A stretch of DNA of 64,000 nucleotides from Candidatus Giovannonibacteria bacterium (GCA_016432405.1 CP066687.1:347040-411039), one strand, 5' to 3'; shown: positions 9,300-20,340, counted from the stretch's first letter. Made by a program: numbers and translations. The notes: generated by a model from the letters alone, not told the origin.

Positions 9300-9686
9300 T
9301 CAGACCCAGTACCGTTCTGCAGACTTCTGGACACGCCGACTTGCTTCTGCGGTTTTGCGCTCACAGAGCACCTTAAAGTTGCGCTGAACTCTTGCTATGG
9401 CGTTTTCGCTCACCTCGCCACCCGCCTTTCGGCAGATCTCCATCATTTGCGCTAGCACCACGTCCGCGATTTCCCTAGGCCATTGTTTAGGCCGGATTGC
9501 TAGAGCAACATGGCTTGACAGGTTTTTCTTTTCCACCTGTCTAACGCAGAGATCCACTTCATGCGCGCTGCTTATCCGCCCCAATATGTGCCTGCATTCC
9601 TCGGGCGTAGTAAGTTCGCGCATAACGATGAAAACCGTCCCGCTTTCATCTGCCGGGTCCATCCATACTTCAACTTTTTTCCCCAT
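9300..9686 (-). CDS. Hypothetical protein (128 aa), second gene of a two-gene minus-strand unit
   Basis: ORF with no recognisable motif. It starts 17 nt downstream of the 73-aa gene at 9703..9924. Confidence 0.4.
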   Translation of the reverse strand: MGKKVEVWMDPADESGTVFIVMRELTTPEECRHILGRISSAHEVDLCVRQVEKKNLSSHVALAIRPKQWPREIADVVLAQMMEICRKAGGEVSENAIARVQRNFKVLCERKTAEASRRVQKSAERYWV

Positions 9687-9702
9687 AGCTGTCTCTCCTC
9701 CT

Positions 9703-9924
9703 TTAGTTTAATGTCGGTATGTCGATGAATTGTTTCAAGAGCTCGGGATTCTTGCGCACATTCTTCTTAGCGAGAAGAGCGGACTTGGCAACTTGGTCAA
9801 GAATATTGCAAAGCCGATCTTTGTCCAAGCCAGCCGCCTCTTTTTCGGTAAGCCCGCGAAGTCGGAGTACATAAGACCCGGGTTCTTTTGGATGCGGAAC
9901 AAAACAAAGTTCATGGCAGTCCAT
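9703..9924 (-). CDS. Hypothetical small protein (73 aa), first gene of the pair
   Basis: ORF with SD-like aggaggg upstream. Its composition is distinct from its neighbours. Confidence 0.4.
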   Translation of the reverse strand: MDCHELCFVPHPKEPGSYVLRLRGLTEKEAAGLDKDRLCNILDQVAKSALLAKKNVRKNPELLKQFIDIPTLN

Positions 9925-10060
9925 AAAACCCTCCTTTCTGGAGCTTAAAGCCCCTCTGATATCAGCTTATGCCGGAAAATCAAAAAAGTCAAGCTTGCCT
10001 GCCCTGCCTACCGGCAGGCAGGCGGCAGGCAGGTGGGGAAACCAGGGACCGCGAGGCGCG

Positions 10061-10087
10061 TTAGCACTCTTGACTGGAGAGTGCTAA
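10061..10087 (+). promoter_or_regulatory. CIRCE operator (HrcA binding site)
   Basis: Perfect ttagcactc-N9-gagtgctaa inverted repeat, 25 nt upstream of hrcA. Confidence 0.85.
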
Positions 10088-10112
10088 CTTTGATATATTA
10101 CTAATTACGAAT

Positions 10113-10817
10113 ATGATACTGGAACAGAGGAAAGAAAACATTTTGGATTTTATAATAAGGGACTATATTAAGACGGCAACCCCCGTGTCTTCAGGCCGTA
10201 TTTCTTCTCGCGGAGCGCTGGACGCGAGCCCGGCGACAATCAGGTGGGTGATGCAGGCGCTGGACGAAGAAGGGTATCTCTATCAGCCGCACATCTCCGC
10301 TGGCCGCGCCCCGACCGACAAAGGATATCGCTATTTTGTGGAAAACTTAATGTCCGTGCGCGAGCCGGCTTCCGAACTCCGCGGCGAGCTTGACCGCATT
10401 ACTGAAAAAATGAATTTGGAGCTGAACTCGGCTTTCGGCGAGCTCTCCCGCGTTTTGGCTGGGCACCTTAAACTTTTTTCCGGCATAGGAATATTGGACG
10501 AAGAGCGCATTTTCGGGCACGGCCTCCCGGAGGTCTTGAAGGAGCCGGAATTTTTACGGCGCGGCATGGCCGCGCGCTTTGCTGATTTCGCCGAAAACAT
10601 CCACCGCGACATAAAAACATTTTCGGATACGGAGGTTGACGTAAAAGGTTTTGGAATCGTGAGCGTGCTCTTTCGCGACGAAAATCTCGGCGAATGCGTT
10701 ATTTTCTCCGCCGGCCCGCAGCGCATGAATTACGAAAGGGCAGCCTCCGCGGTTCGCTATGCCGCCGAAGACATTAAGAAAAGTAGAAAGACAAAAAATG
10801 CAAAACGAAAAAGATGA
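10113..10817 (+). CDS. hrcA: Heat-inducible transcription repressor HrcA (short form)
   Basis: N-terminal wHTH ILDFIIRDYIKTATPVSSGRI. It is preceded by CIRCE and followed by grpE-dnaK-dnaJ. Confidence 0.85.
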   Translation: MILEQRKENILDFIIRDYIKTATPVSSGRISSRGALDASPATIRWVMQALDEEGYLYQPHISAGRAPTDKGYRYFVENLMSVREPASELRGELDRITEKMNLELNSAFGELSRVLAGHLKLFSGIGILDEERIFGHGLPEVLKEPEFLRRGMAARFADFAENIHRDIKTFSDTEVDVKGFGIVSVLFRDENLGECVIFSAGPQRMNYERAASAVRYAAEDIKKSRKTKNAKRKR

Positions 10818-11310
10818 TATTATAGAGAGTGAAGTCGTGGAGGAGGACGGGCTTGGCGATAAATTAAAAAAACTGCGCGAGGAGCTTAAGGTTTGCCAGA
10901 AAGAAAAGGCGGAATATCTGGCGGGCTGGCAGAGGGCAAAAGCGGATTTTATCAATGCAAGGAAAGACGAGGAGAAAGCCAGGGCAGAGTTTGCAAAGTT
11001 CGCCGGTGAGAGGATTTTGCGGGAGATGCTGGCGGTAGCCGATTCGCTTCTTGCCCGCCGTAGCTTTAGCGAAGGCGGGGAGGACCCGATTTACAATCAG
11101 TTGCTCGATATATTAAAAAGAGAGGGCGTTGAACAAATTGAGGCCAATGGCGGGAGATTTGACCCGATGTATCACGAGGCGCTTGAGCGGGTTGGGGTTT
11201 CTGAAAGAGAAAGAGACGGCGTTATAATTGAGGAGCTGCAAAAAGGATACATGATTTATAACCGCGTCCTTCGGCCAAGCAAAGTAAAAGTGGGAGTTTA
11301 TAAAGCTTAA
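10798..11310 (+). CDS. grpE: Nucleotide exchange factor GrpE
   Basis: Coiled-coil N-terminus and GrpE core. The ATG at 10798 overlaps the hrcA stop codon. Confidence 0.85.
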   Translation: MQNEKDDIIESEVVEEDGLGDKLKKLREELKVCQKEKAEYLAGWQRAKADFINARKDEEKARAEFAKFAGERILREMLAVADSLLARRSFSEGGEDPIYNQLLDILKREGVEQIEANGGRFDPMYHEALERVGVSERERDGVIIEELQKGYMIYNRVLRPSKVKVGVYKA

Positions 11311-11324
11311 CTAATTAAACAAAC

Positions 11325-13193
11325 ATGGCAAAAATTCTAGGAATTGACTTGGGGACGACTAATTCGGCGATGGCGATTGTTGAAGGCGGAGTCCCGAAAA
11401 TACTGGAAAACGCGGAGGGGGCGCGAACCATGCCTTCAATGGTCGCGTTTTCAAAATCCGGCGAGCGATTAGTCGGGCTTTTGGCAAAAAGGCAGGCGGT
11501 GACTAACCCAAAAAACACTATTTTTTCGGTAAAGCGGCTGATTGGGCGGAAATTCAGCGACGCGGAGATTAAACGAGATAAAACTCTTTTGCCTTACGAA
11601 ATCAAAGAATCCGCCAACGGCGGAGTAGAGGTCAAAATCAATGAAAAATGGTACCGGCCGGAGGAAATTTCGGCTATGATTTTGACGAAATTAAAAACCG
11701 ACGCCGAAGCCAAACTCGGCGAAAAAATTGAGGAGGCGATTATCACCGTGCCCGCCTATTTTGACGATTCGCAGAGGCAGGCCACAAAAGCTGCGGGAGA
11801 AATAGCGGGATTTAAAGTTAAAAGGATTTTAAACGAGCCCACCGCCGCCGCGCTGGCTTACGGGCTTGATAAAAAAAGGAACGAACAGATTGTGATTTAC
11901 GATTTGGGGGGAGGCACATTTGACCTTTCGGTGCTTGAAATCGGGGACAACACCATTGAGGTCCGCGCGACCGGCGGGGACACCCACTTGGGCGGCGACG
12001 ATTTTGACCAAAGAGTCATCCAGCATATTGCCTCGGAATTTAAAAAAGAATCCGGGGTTGACGTCACCAAGGACGTCTTGGCGCTCCAGCGCCTAAAGGA
12101 AGCCGCGGAGAAGGCCAAGCACGAGCTCTCAACCGCGCTTGAGACCGAAATAAATATTCCCTTTATTACTTCTGACGCCTCCGGCCCGCGGCACCTGATT
12201 ATGAAATTAACTCGCGCCAAGCTGGAAGATTTGGTGCGCGATTTTTTGGACAAATCTTTTGAAATCACAAAAAATGTCGTCCGCGAGTCCAAGTTTGAAT
12301 TAAAAAACATTGACGAAATTGTCTTGGTCGGCGGGCAGACGAGGATGCCCGCGGTTCAAGAGGGGATTAAAAAGCTTTTTGGGAAGGAAGCCAATCTTTC
12401 CATTAATCCCGACGAAGTCGTGGCCGTGGGTGCGGCGGTGCAGGGCGGAATTTTGCGCGGCGACGTAAAAGACGTTTTGCTTTTGGACGTGACGCCGCTC
12501 TCTTTGGGTATTGAGACCTTGGGAGGCGTGATGACAAAAGTCATTGAAAAAAACACGACGGTGCCAGTCGCGCGTGCGCAGGTTTTCTCAACTGCGGCTG
12601 ACAACCAGACCTCCGTTGAGATTCATGTTTTGCAGGGCGAAAGAGACATGGCGGCGGATAACAAAACTTTGGGCAGATTTATTTTAGACGGCATCCCGCC
12701 TGCGCCGCGCGGTATGCCGCAGGTTGAGGTTAGTTTTGACATTGATGCCAACGGGATTTTGTCCGTCAAAGCCAAGGACAAAGCGACGAATAAAGAGCAA
12801 TCCATAAGGATTGAAGCGTCTACAGGGCTCTCTAAGGACGAAATTGAGAAGATGAAGAGAGACGCAGAACTTCACGCTGATGAGGATAAAAAGAAAAAAG
12901 AATTGGTTGAAGCCCGAAATCGCGCGGATGCTTTGGTTTATACAGCGGAGAAATCTTTGCGCGATGCCGGGGATAAAGTTGAACAAGCAACCAAGGACGA
13001 AGTCAATCAAAAAATAGAAACGCTCAAAAAAGCCAAAGACGGCGACGATGTTTCCGAAATCCGTAACGCTGAAACCGCCCTTGCCCAGTCCCTCTCCAAA
13101 ATCGGCGAAGCGATGTATAAAAAACCGGAAGGAGGCGGCGGGCCAGATGTCAAAGACACGGATTATAAAGACATTGATGGAGATAAAAAATAA
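11325..13193 (+). CDS. dnaK: Chaperone DnaK (Hsp70)
   Basis: [17 protein letters not shown] and the rest of the Hsp70 signature set; 622 aa. Confidence 0.95.
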   Translation: MAKILGIDLGTTNSAMAIVEGGVPKILENAEGARTMPSMVAFSKSGERLVGLLAKRQAVTNPKNTIFSVKRLIGRKFSDAEIKRDKTLLPYEIKESANGGVEVKINEKWYRPEEISAMILTKLKTDAEAKLGEKIEEAIITVPAYFDDSQRQATKAAGEIAGFKVKRILNEPTAAALAYGLDKKRNEQIVIYDLGGGTFDLSVLEIGDNTIEVRATGGDTHLGGDDFDQRVIQHIASEFKKESGVDVTKDVLALQRLKEAAEKAKHELSTALETEINIPFITSDASGPRHLIMKLTRAKLEDLVRDFLDKSFEITKNVVRESKFELKNIDEIVLVGGQTRMPAVQEGIKKLFGKEANLSINPDEVVAVGAAVQGGILRGDVKDVLLLDVTPLSLGIETLGGVMTKVIEKNTTVPVARAQVFSTAADNQTSVEIHVLQGERDMAADNKTLGRFILDGIPPAPRGMPQVEVSFDIDANGILSVKAKDKATNKEQSIRIEASTGLSKDEIEKMKRDAELHADEDKKKKELVEARNRADALVYTAEKSLRDAGDKVEQATKDEVNQKIETLKKAKDGDDVSEIRNAETALAQSLSKIGEAMYKKPEGGGGPDVKDTDYKDIDGDKK

Positions 13194-14302
13194 TGGCCAA
13201 GGACTACTACGAAATTTTGGGGGTGAAGAAGGGCGCTTCGCGGGAGGAGATAAAGAAAGCGTATAGAAAACTTGCGCATGAGCATCACCCGGATAAAAAA
13301 GGGGGAGATGAGAAAAAATTCAAGGAAATAAACGAGGCCTATCAGATTTTGGGTAACGAGCAAAAACGCCAGCAGTATGACCGGTTTGGACAAACCTTTT
13401 CCGGACAGGGGCCGCAATGGGGAGGTAGTGATTTTGAAGGATTTGACGGCGGTTTCGGGGATATTTTTGAAGATATTTTTTCCGCCCAAGGCGCTGGCGG
13501 GAGCCAGGCCTTTGGCTGGGAAGATTTTTTGGGCGGGCTGGGGGGTTTCTCCGCCAGAGGCGGACAAGGGCGGAGAGCAAAACGGGGCAGCGATATATCT
13601 TTGGGCATTGATGTTTCGTTTAAAGAGTCAGTTTTCGGCGGGCGGAGAAGCGTGGTTATTGAAAAATCGAAAAAATGCGAAATTTGCAAGGGTTCCGGGG
13701 CGGAGCCGGAAAGTTCACTCAAAAAATGCCAGACCTGCGGCGGCACGGGGACGGTGCGCGAGACGCGCCGTTCGCTCTTCGGCTCCTTTACGGCGCTTTC
13801 GGAATGTACGATTTGCCGCGGGCGCGGGGAGGTGCCGGAGAAAATCTGCAGGCATTGCCGTGGTTCGGGTATTTTAAAAAAATCGGAGACGATTGGCATA
13901 GATATTCCCGCGGGCATCCGCGACGGCGAGGCAATCAAATTCACAGGCATGGGTGAAGAGGTTGCTAAGGGGCAGGCGGGGGACCTTTATGTCCGGATAC
14001 GCGTTTTGCCGCACCATGCTTTCCGCCGCGAAGGATTTGATATTTTAACTGACTTGCATTTGCCGGTATCACGCATGCTTTTGGGAGGGGAAGAAATCAT
14101 AGAAACGCTGGATGGCAAGGCCTCGGTGCGTATTCCGGAGCTTTCCAAAGCGGGGGATTTTTTGCGCCTCCGCGGGAAAGGGGTAGTCAAAGAAAGAGGC
14201 GGTAGGGGAGATTTATTAGTCCGCCTTTTTCCGAAGTTGCCCAAAAAACTTTCGCATCAGGCGAAAAAGCTCCTTTCTGATTTGGAGAGGGAGGGGCTAT
14301 AA
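13193..14302 (+). CDS. dnaJ: Chaperone DnaJ
   Basis: J domain with HPDK, a Gly/Phe-rich region and four CxxCxGxG zinc-finger repeats. Confidence 0.9.
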   Translation: MAKDYYEILGVKKGASREEIKKAYRKLAHEHHPDKKGGDEKKFKEINEAYQILGNEQKRQQYDRFGQTFSGQGPQWGGSDFEGFDGGFGDIFEDIFSAQGAGGSQAFGWEDFLGGLGGFSARGGQGRRAKRGSDISLGIDVSFKESVFGGRRSVVIEKSKKCEICKGSGAEPESSLKKCQTCGGTGTVRETRRSLFGSFTALSECTICRGRGEVPEKICRHCRGSGILKKSETIGIDIPAGIRDGEAIKFTGMGEEVAKGQAGDLYVRIRVLPHHAFRREGFDILTDLHLPVSRMLLGGEEIIETLDGKASVRIPELSKAGDFLRLRGKGVVKERGGRGDLLVRLFPKLPKKLSHQAKKLLSDLEREGL

Positions 14303-14309
14303 TATATTT

Positions 14310-14804
14310 ATGGCATCATTTTTATCTTTGCTCAAAAATCCGGCATGGGACGCCGTTTTGGTGTTTATGCTGGTGGCCGCTGGATTTTTTTGGGGCGTCT
14401 CCGGCGGCAAGAAAAAGATGGCTTTGGGAATTTTGGCTCTTTACGCCCTGCTCGCTATTTTCCCTTACATCCCGATTGATACTTTCGCCGCCGGCCGCTC
14501 GCCAAGCGAGATTTTTATGTTCCGCGCCGGAATTTTTCTGACGCTTCTTTTGTTGCTTGCGCTTTTTTTGATGCGCTCTTTTAAGGGCGCGACGGGGTAT
14601 TCCGGCGGGCTTTGGTGGGAGATTTTGGTTTTATCAATTTTAGCCGCCGGATTTTTGGCCGCGTCTATCATAAAACTTGCTCCGGAAGATATTATAAAAA
14701 ACAATCTCTTAAACCTCTCGCCGTTTGTTCTGCAAGTTTTTACTTCTTCCGCCTACGCCAAATGGTGGTTTATCCTTCCTGCCTTCGGCGTTCTTTTTCT
14801 TTAA
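14310..14804 (+). CDS. Hypothetical membrane protein (4-5 TM helices)
   Basis: ORF hydropathy only. Confidence 0.4.
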   Translation: MASFLSLLKNPAWDAVLVFMLVAAGFFWGVSGGKKKMALGILALYALLAIFPYIPIDTFAAGRSPSEIFMFRAGIFLTLLLLLALFLMRSFKGATGYSGGLWWEILVLSILAAGFLAASIIKLAPEDIIKNNLLNLSPFVLQVFTSSAYAKWWFILPAFGVLFL

Positions 14805-14968
14805 TTTAGCGGGCCTTTCGGGAGCGGCGCCCGCGGCGCTCCCATTTTTCGGTTTTGGAGCGGCGCTTTCTGTCCAGCGCTTTTTTTGTCAGGTCATCGC
14901 CGTGAAAATACCGCGCCCCTTTCCTTACGCGCTTTTTCATGGTTTTATTTTAGCACCTTTCTAAAGTG

Positions 14969-15041
14969 TCCGCCCACCAGGAATCGAACCTGGAACCTTC
15001 TCCTTAAAAGGGAGCTGCTCTGCCAATTGAGCTATGGGCGG
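14969..15041 (-). tRNA. tRNA-Lys (anticodon TTT)
   Basis: Hand-folded cloverleaf: acceptor ccgccca/tgggcgg, D-stem gctc/gagc, anticodon loop cTTTTaa, T-loop ttcgatt. CCA is not encoded. Confidence 0.8.
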
Positions 15042-15121
15042 ATTTGATAATTCTACACGATTTTTGCGGCCCTTGCAATATCTAGGCGGACGTGCTAAAC
15101 CGAGGTTAGGAGGACCTTTTT

Positions 15122-15925
15122 ATGAAAGCAAAAAATGTGCGGAGCACCGATGTTTTTCAGGTTATCGTTGTTATCGTTTTAACCCTGTTGGTCCTGTTCG
15201 GCGTTTCCTGTGTCCCTGCGGCAACGGTGAGAAGGACAAGCGTTTCCCAGCCCTTGCCTCCGGAACCCGCTCCTGGACAGCCGGGAGCTACGGCGCCGGC
15301 TTATGCTGGCAGGAAAGCCACTATTTCAATGGCGCCTGTGGAAGGCATTAATCTTATCCCGGTGAAGTGGGGCGGGGTAGGGGTTGCCCCGGAAATCAAT
15401 TCCGTATTTGAAAGCGCTCTTGCTGACACCGGACGCTTCCGGACCGTCAGCAGGGAAAAAATTAAAAATGTCCTTGCCGAGCAAGACCTGGCAACCGCAG
15501 GAAGAGTGCGACAAAGCACGGCTGTAAAAACCGGTGAGATCACGGGGTCAGACCTCATGATTATCGCAAAGATTACCGGCTTTGACCCGGGAGATTCAGG
15601 GGTAGGCGCGGCGGTCGGCGCTGTCGGCAGGACTTTGGGAGGTTGGATCGGCGCTTTGGGAGTATTGGCTGGAGGGATTAAAACTTCTAGTCTTGTTATG
15701 GACGTCCAGGTTATGGACGTCCGCACGTCGGAGATAGTTGTCTCCACGACCGTGGAGGGAAGTTCCGTTGACTGGTCAGCCGGAGGAGCGTTCGTTGGCC
15801 GTTCTCTTGGCGCGGGCGTTGCCGGGTGGAAGAACACGCCAATGGAGAAAAATCTGCGCGTTGTGGTGGAAAAAGCCGCCGCGGAGGTTTCCGCTAAACT
15901 TCCGCCGGAGTATTTCAAGCACTAG
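15122..15925 (+). CDS. CsgG-family (curli secretion-like) lipoprotein or periplasmic protein
   Basis: Signal peptide, then the CsgG-like core FESALADTGRFRTVSREKIKNVLAEQDLATAGRV…DLMIIAKITGFD…VMDVQVMDVRTSEIV. Confidence 0.5.
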   Translation: MKAKNVRSTDVFQVIVVIVLTLLVLFGVSCVPAATVRRTSVSQPLPPEPAPGQPGATAPAYAGRKATISMAPVEGINLIPVKWGGVGVAPEINSVFESALADTGRFRTVSREKIKNVLAEQDLATAGRVRQSTAVKTGEITGSDLMIIAKITGFDPGDSGVGAAVGAVGRTLGGWIGALGVLAGGIKTSSLVMDVQVMDVRTSEIVVSTTVEGSSVDWSAGGAFVGRSLGAGVAGWKNTPMEKNLRVVVEKAAAEVSAKLPPEYFKH

Positions 15926-16019
15926 CCGGTTATCCGGCGCGAGCCCCTTGATTTTCAGGGGCTTTTTTTGTTAGGATTTAGGAAGGGTACAACTAATCAA
16001 AAACGAACGGAGGAATCAT

Positions 16020-17180
16020 ATGAGAATATTACTTACGGGTGTAACTGGCCTTGTGGGGTCTTGTTTAGCCCCGCTATTGCAAGAAAACAACGAAGTTTTG
16101 TGTTTAATCCGACCTGACCGCCAAAAAGACGCTCATGCCCGCCTTGTGGAAACGCTGCCTTTCTCGAAAAAGAATATCATGGCTATAAACGGCGACGTGA
16201 CCCTGCCCAAAGCCGGAATGAAATCGGCTGATATAGATAGATGGAAAGGGAAAATAGACAAGATTGTCCACGGAGCGGCTTCAATAAGGTTTGACGAGCC
16301 GCTTTCGGATGAGACAAAACGTGTCAACGTTGGCGGGACGCAAACTATGCTTGACCTTGCGAGAGAATTGGAGGTAAAAGAGTTTCATTTTCTTAGCACC
16401 GTATACGTTGCGGGCAGCGCGCGATCTTTTACGGAAAATGACTTTGATGTGGGGCAGACAACCCGCAACGCATATGAAAAATCGAAGCTTGAAGCCGAGC
16501 GTCTCGTCAGGAATTGGAACGGCGGGAAGTTTTCCGTCCACCGCATGAGCATCGTAATCGGCGATGCAACGAGTGGCTACGTTAAAGAATTCAACGGTTA
16601 TTACGGCTTTTTTGTCGGATTTTGGCGGTTGCGCAACAGCTTGTATGAGCGGTGGTTAACTGGGGGGAAAGACAGGTTAATTCGTCAGGGAATAAGCTTT
16701 GACGAGGAAGGGTTCTTGGAATTGCCGCTTAGCATCGACTGTTCGCCGGTCTCGAAACTGAATTTGGTGAATTCCAACTGGCTGGCAAGGATCTTGAATA
16801 AATTAATCAGCCTGTCGGCTGCGAATCAGACATTTCATTTAGTGCATCCCTCCCCGCCGAGAGTCCAGTGGGTTATCGAGGTTTCTTTAGATTATCTGAA
16901 GATCCGCGGGATACAATATCGGGATGGCAACAGCGCGGCTAGCCAAATGCTGAGAAGGATGCAGAGGGCTCTTGACCGGAAAATCAACCGGTATTTGCCC
17001 TATGTCACGCATGAGCCGATTTTCGGAAGAGACAATCTTCTCCGAACACTCGGGGAATCATATGTTTCTGCTCCGGCTATCAGCGAATCAATGTTGCAAC
17101 GTATGCTGGACTACGCTATTAAGGTCAATTTCGGCCAAAAGAATAAGGAAACCAGCGAATCTGTACGCCGCATCGCCTGA
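16020..17180 (+). CDS. SDR-family reductase with a thioester-reductase / NAD_binding_4-like domain (fatty acyl or aldehyde reductase-like)
   Basis: ILLTGVTGLVGS (TGxxGxxG) and YEKSK (YxxxK). Confidence 0.6.
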   Translation: MRILLTGVTGLVGSCLAPLLQENNEVLCLIRPDRQKDAHARLVETLPFSKKNIMAINGDVTLPKAGMKSADIDRWKGKIDKIVHGAASIRFDEPLSDETKRVNVGGTQTMLDLARELEVKEFHFLSTVYVAGSARSFTENDFDVGQTTRNAYEKSKLEAERLVRNWNGGKFSVHRMSIVIGDATSGYVKEFNGYYGFFVGFWRLRNSLYERWLTGGKDRLIRQGISFDEEGFLELPLSIDCSPVSKLNLVNSNWLARILNKLISLSAANQTFHLVHPSPPRVQWVIEVSLDYLKIRGIQYRDGNSAASQMLRRMQRALDRKINRYLPYVTHEPIFGRDNLLRTLGESYVSAPAISESMLQRMLDYAIKVNFGQKNKETSESVRRIA

Positions 17181-17243
17181 ATGCGGCTTTTTTTTATGCA
17201 CGCCGGCTGTTATAATTAGTCTAATCGCTTGTAAAGAATAAAA

Positions 17244-18872
17244 ATGCTAAATACATTCGCCATTTCCGGAATACTTATAGTCATTACCTGCACTTTAATG
17301 GCTATTATCATGCTTGCTAGGGCAACTGCCCGTTTGCATCTGATCTGGGGCATTTTTTGTATAACAGTTATGTTGTGGGGGCTGGGAGCTTATCAGATAG
17401 GTATCTCAAAAGATCCCGCGCGCGCATTATTTTGGTGGAAATTTGCCTATATTGGAGTAATTTTCATCCCAATAATGTTTACGCATTTTGTATATATTTT
17501 TCTTCAAAAAGAAAATAAATTTTTTATTTTATTTTTTTACGTTTTAGGCGGCGTTTACCTTATTGCAAATTTATTTACGGATTCTTTTATAAACGCAACG
17601 CATTTGATGTTTAATCAAATTTATTTTTTAACGCCAACCCCTCTTTATAACTCATACTTTGCGCTATTTATAATCCTGGTAATATACTCGCACACTCTTC
17701 TTTTCAAGGAGTACAAACGAGCAGTGGGATTGCGCAAGCAACAAATCCAATATTTTTTTATTGGATCTTTTTTGGGATTTTTCGGAGGCAGTTTTAGCTT
17801 TTTGCCGGAATATCATATTAATATCTATCCTTTCATGAATCTAACGGTCTCTTTCTATCCCATAATTATGGGCTTCGCGATTCTTCGCTATAGATTGATG
17901 AATATCAATGTGATTATGGCGCAACTCCTCGTCGCGTCTTTATGGGTATTTATTTCTGTGCGCACGCTGATTTCTGAATTTGGAAGTCATGAGCAATTGC
18001 TGAACATCGCGCTCTTGCTGATTACCATTATTGTCGGCATCCTGCTTAATAACAGCGTTATAAAAGAAATTAAATCGCGCGAAGAAATTGAGAAATTGGC
18101 CAAGGATTTGGAGGCGGCCAACGAGAAATTGCGGAAGTTTGACGAAGCGAAATCGGAGTTTATTTCACTTGCCGGGCACCAATTAAGGACTCCGCTCACG
18201 GTGATTAAGGGTTATACCTCCATGCTTATGGAAGGGACTTTCGGGGAAATAGACAAAAAAGCCCTTGCGCCGATGGAAAAAGTATTTGCGGCCGCCAATA
18301 ACTTGACTAAATTGGTATCGGAGCTCCTGGACCTTTCCCGGATTGAGTCCGGCCGGTTAAAATATGAATTTAAAATGATTTACTTCGACAACATTGTTGA
18401 AGAAGTCGTGAAGGAATTTAAGCAGGTGTCCGAGGAGAAGCGCATCGCCGTAGAATTTGTAAATAAAAATAACAGGACATTCAAAATTTACGGAGATGCT
18501 GATAAGTTGCGCGAAGTCGTTATGAATTTGCTGGATAACGCGTTTAAGTATTCTGAAATCGGGCCGATCGTCGTGACTTTAACGCCCAAAGCCAAAAGCA
18601 TGCTGCTGTCGGTGGCCGACAGGGGCTTTGGCATGCCCAGAGATGAGATGCCTCGGCTTTTTCAAAAGTTCGGCCGCACGGAGATAGCTAAAAAAGAGCG
18701 GCCCGAAGGCATGGGTATAGGCCTTTATTTCGTCAAAAAAATCATTGACGACCACAAGGGCCGGATTTGGGCGGAGTCGCAGGGCCTCGGCAAAGGGAGT
18801 ATATTTTTTGTGGAGCTGCCCGTCAAATATGATTTTCAGGAGGAAAATGAGCGATTTCTTAGCGCGCTCTGA
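17244..18872 (+). CDS. Sensor histidine kinase with N-terminal 6-7 TM sensor domain
   Basis: H box AGHQLRTPL, N box LLDNAFKY, and G boxes DRGFGM and GMGIGL. No response regulator is adjacent. Confidence 0.8.
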   Translation: MLNTFAISGILIVITCTLMAIIMLARATARLHLIWGIFCITVMLWGLGAYQIGISKDPARALFWWKFAYIGVIFIPIMFTHFVYIFLQKENKFFILFFYVLGGVYLIANLFTDSFINATHLMFNQIYFLTPTPLYNSYFALFIILVIYSHTLLFKEYKRAVGLRKQQIQYFFIGSFLGFFGGSFSFLPEYHINIYPFMNLTVSFYPIIMGFAILRYRLMNINVIMAQLLVASLWVFISVRTLISEFGSHEQLLNIALLLITIIVGILLNNSVIKEIKSREEIEKLAKDLEAANEKLRKFDEAKSEFISLAGHQLRTPLTVIKGYTSMLMEGTFGEIDKKALAPMEKVFAAANNLTKLVSELLDLSRIESGRLKYEFKMIYFDNIVEEVVKEFKQVSEEKRIAVEFVNKNNRTFKIYGDADKLREVVMNLLDNAFKYSEIGPIVVTLTPKAKSMLLSVADRGFGMPRDEMPRLFQKFGRTEIAKKERPEGMGIGLYFVKKIIDDHKGRIWAESQGLGKGSIFFVELPVKYDFQEENERFLSAL

Positions 18873-20286
18873 TTATGTTATGCTTACCAGCATGCGCACT
18901 CTGGCCAAAGACGCGGTAAATAAAATAGGCGAGGAAGTTACGCTGATGGGCTGGGTTGCGGCGAGGCGCGACCACGGTAGGATTATTTTTATTGACTTGC
19001 GCGACAGATGGGGGGTGGCGCAGGTTGTATTCAGCCCAAAAAATAAAGAGCTTTTAAAATTAGCGGACGGTCTTCGCTCCGAATGGGTCGTCAAAATTGA
19101 AGGAGCTGTAAGAGAGAGGCCGGGCGGAATGCAAAATCTGGAGCTTCCAACCGGCAACATAGAAATTGAAGCGACTAAACTTGAAATTCTGGCCGAAGCC
19201 AAAACGCCGCCGTTTGATATCTCAAGCGACGGACATGAGATAGGTGAGGACAATCGCCTGAAATACCGCTATTTGGATTTAAGAAGGCCGCGGCTCTTAA
19301 AAAATTTAACGATGCGTGATAAAATCATTGCTTTTATGCGCGAGTGGCTTCATCAAAAAGATTTTATTGAAATAGAAACGCCGATTTTAACAAAATCCAC
19401 TCCGGAAGGCGCGAGGGATTATGTAGTGCCATCGCGGCTCCACACCGGGCAGTTTTATGCCCTTCCGCAGTCGCCGCAGCAATATAAACAGCTTTTGATG
19501 GTTGCCGGGATTGAAAGATATTTTCAGATAGCAAGGTGTTTCCGGGACGAAGACACGAGAGGCGACCGCCAGCCGGAATTCACCCAGCTTGATTTGGAAG
19601 TGAGCTTCGCGAGCCAGGAGGAAATTCTGGTTCTTACCGAAGAAATTTACACTGGAATTATTGAGGCGCTTTATCCTGATAAAAAAATATCGCAAAAGCC
19701 GTTTCCGCGCATTAGCTACACAGAAACGATGGAAAAATATGGCACGGATAAGCCGGATTTAAGAAAAAATAGAGATGACAACAACGAGCTCGCCTTCGCG
19801 TTTATAGTTGGTTTCCCGATGTTTGGGTGGAAGGAAACGGAAAAACGCTGGGACGCCGTGCACCACCCGTTCACGAAAATCCGATCCGCCGACTGGCGGA
19901 CAGAAATAAATAAAGAAAACGCCGGAAATTTAGCGGCCCAGCAGTATGATTTTGTCTTAAACGGCTGCGAGATTGGCGGCGGGTCAATCCGCGAGCATAA
20001 TCCCGAAATTCTGGAGAAAGTTTTTGAAATTATGGGGAACAAAAAAGAAGACATCCGCCGCCAGTTTGGGCATCTTTTAGAATCTTTTGAATACGGGGTC
20101 CCGCCGCACGGAGGAATCGCCTCGGGGATTGACCGGCTGGTCATGATTTTGGAGGGCGAACCGAGCATCCGCGAAGTAATCGCGTTTCCCAAAACCGGCG
20201 ACGGGAGGGATTTGATGATGGACTCTCCTTCGGAGATTTCAAAAAAGCAGCTTAAAGAGCTCCGCATAAAAATTGAGAAAAAATAG
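18847..20286 (+). CDS. aspS: Aspartyl-tRNA synthetase, compact type lacking the GAD insertion
   Basis: Class II motifs (FRDE, GGGSIR/HGG region). The start was placed at the ATG after caggagga, overlapping the kinase stop. Confidence 0.85.
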   Translation: MSDFLARSDYVMLTSMRTLAKDAVNKIGEEVTLMGWVAARRDHGRIIFIDLRDRWGVAQVVFSPKNKELLKLADGLRSEWVVKIEGAVRERPGGMQNLELPTGNIEIEATKLEILAEAKTPPFDISSDGHEIGEDNRLKYRYLDLRRPRLLKNLTMRDKIIAFMREWLHQKDFIEIETPILTKSTPEGARDYVVPSRLHTGQFYALPQSPQQYKQLLMVAGIERYFQIARCFRDEDTRGDRQPEFTQLDLEVSFASQEEILVLTEEIYTGIIEALYPDKKISQKPFPRISYTETMEKYGTDKPDLRKNRDDNNELAFAFIVGFPMFGWKETEKRWDAVHHPFTKIRSADWRTEINKENAGNLAAQQYDFVLNGCEIGGGSIREHNPEILEKVFEIMGNKKEDIRRQFGHLLESFEYGVPPHGGIASGIDRLVMILEGEPSIREVIAFPKTGDGRDLMMDSPSEISKKQLKELRIKIEKK

Positions 20287-20340
20287 TTTTATTTCACAAT
20301 AAATAAATTCGCTACAATATTTAATTTACTAAGGCATTTT

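Noticed and set aside
9995-10035. The GC-rich palindrome gcctgccctgcc…ggcaggcaggc was considered as a CRISPR repeat or integrase att site.
   Set aside because: It is a single copy with no spacers or recombinase nearby. It probably acts as a terminator or structural boundary of the islet.
13320-13956. Overlapping ORFs in three frames inside the dnaJ Gly-rich region.
   Set aside because: They are produced by the GC-rich glycine-repeat region of DnaJ. Only the DnaJ frame shows conserved motifs.
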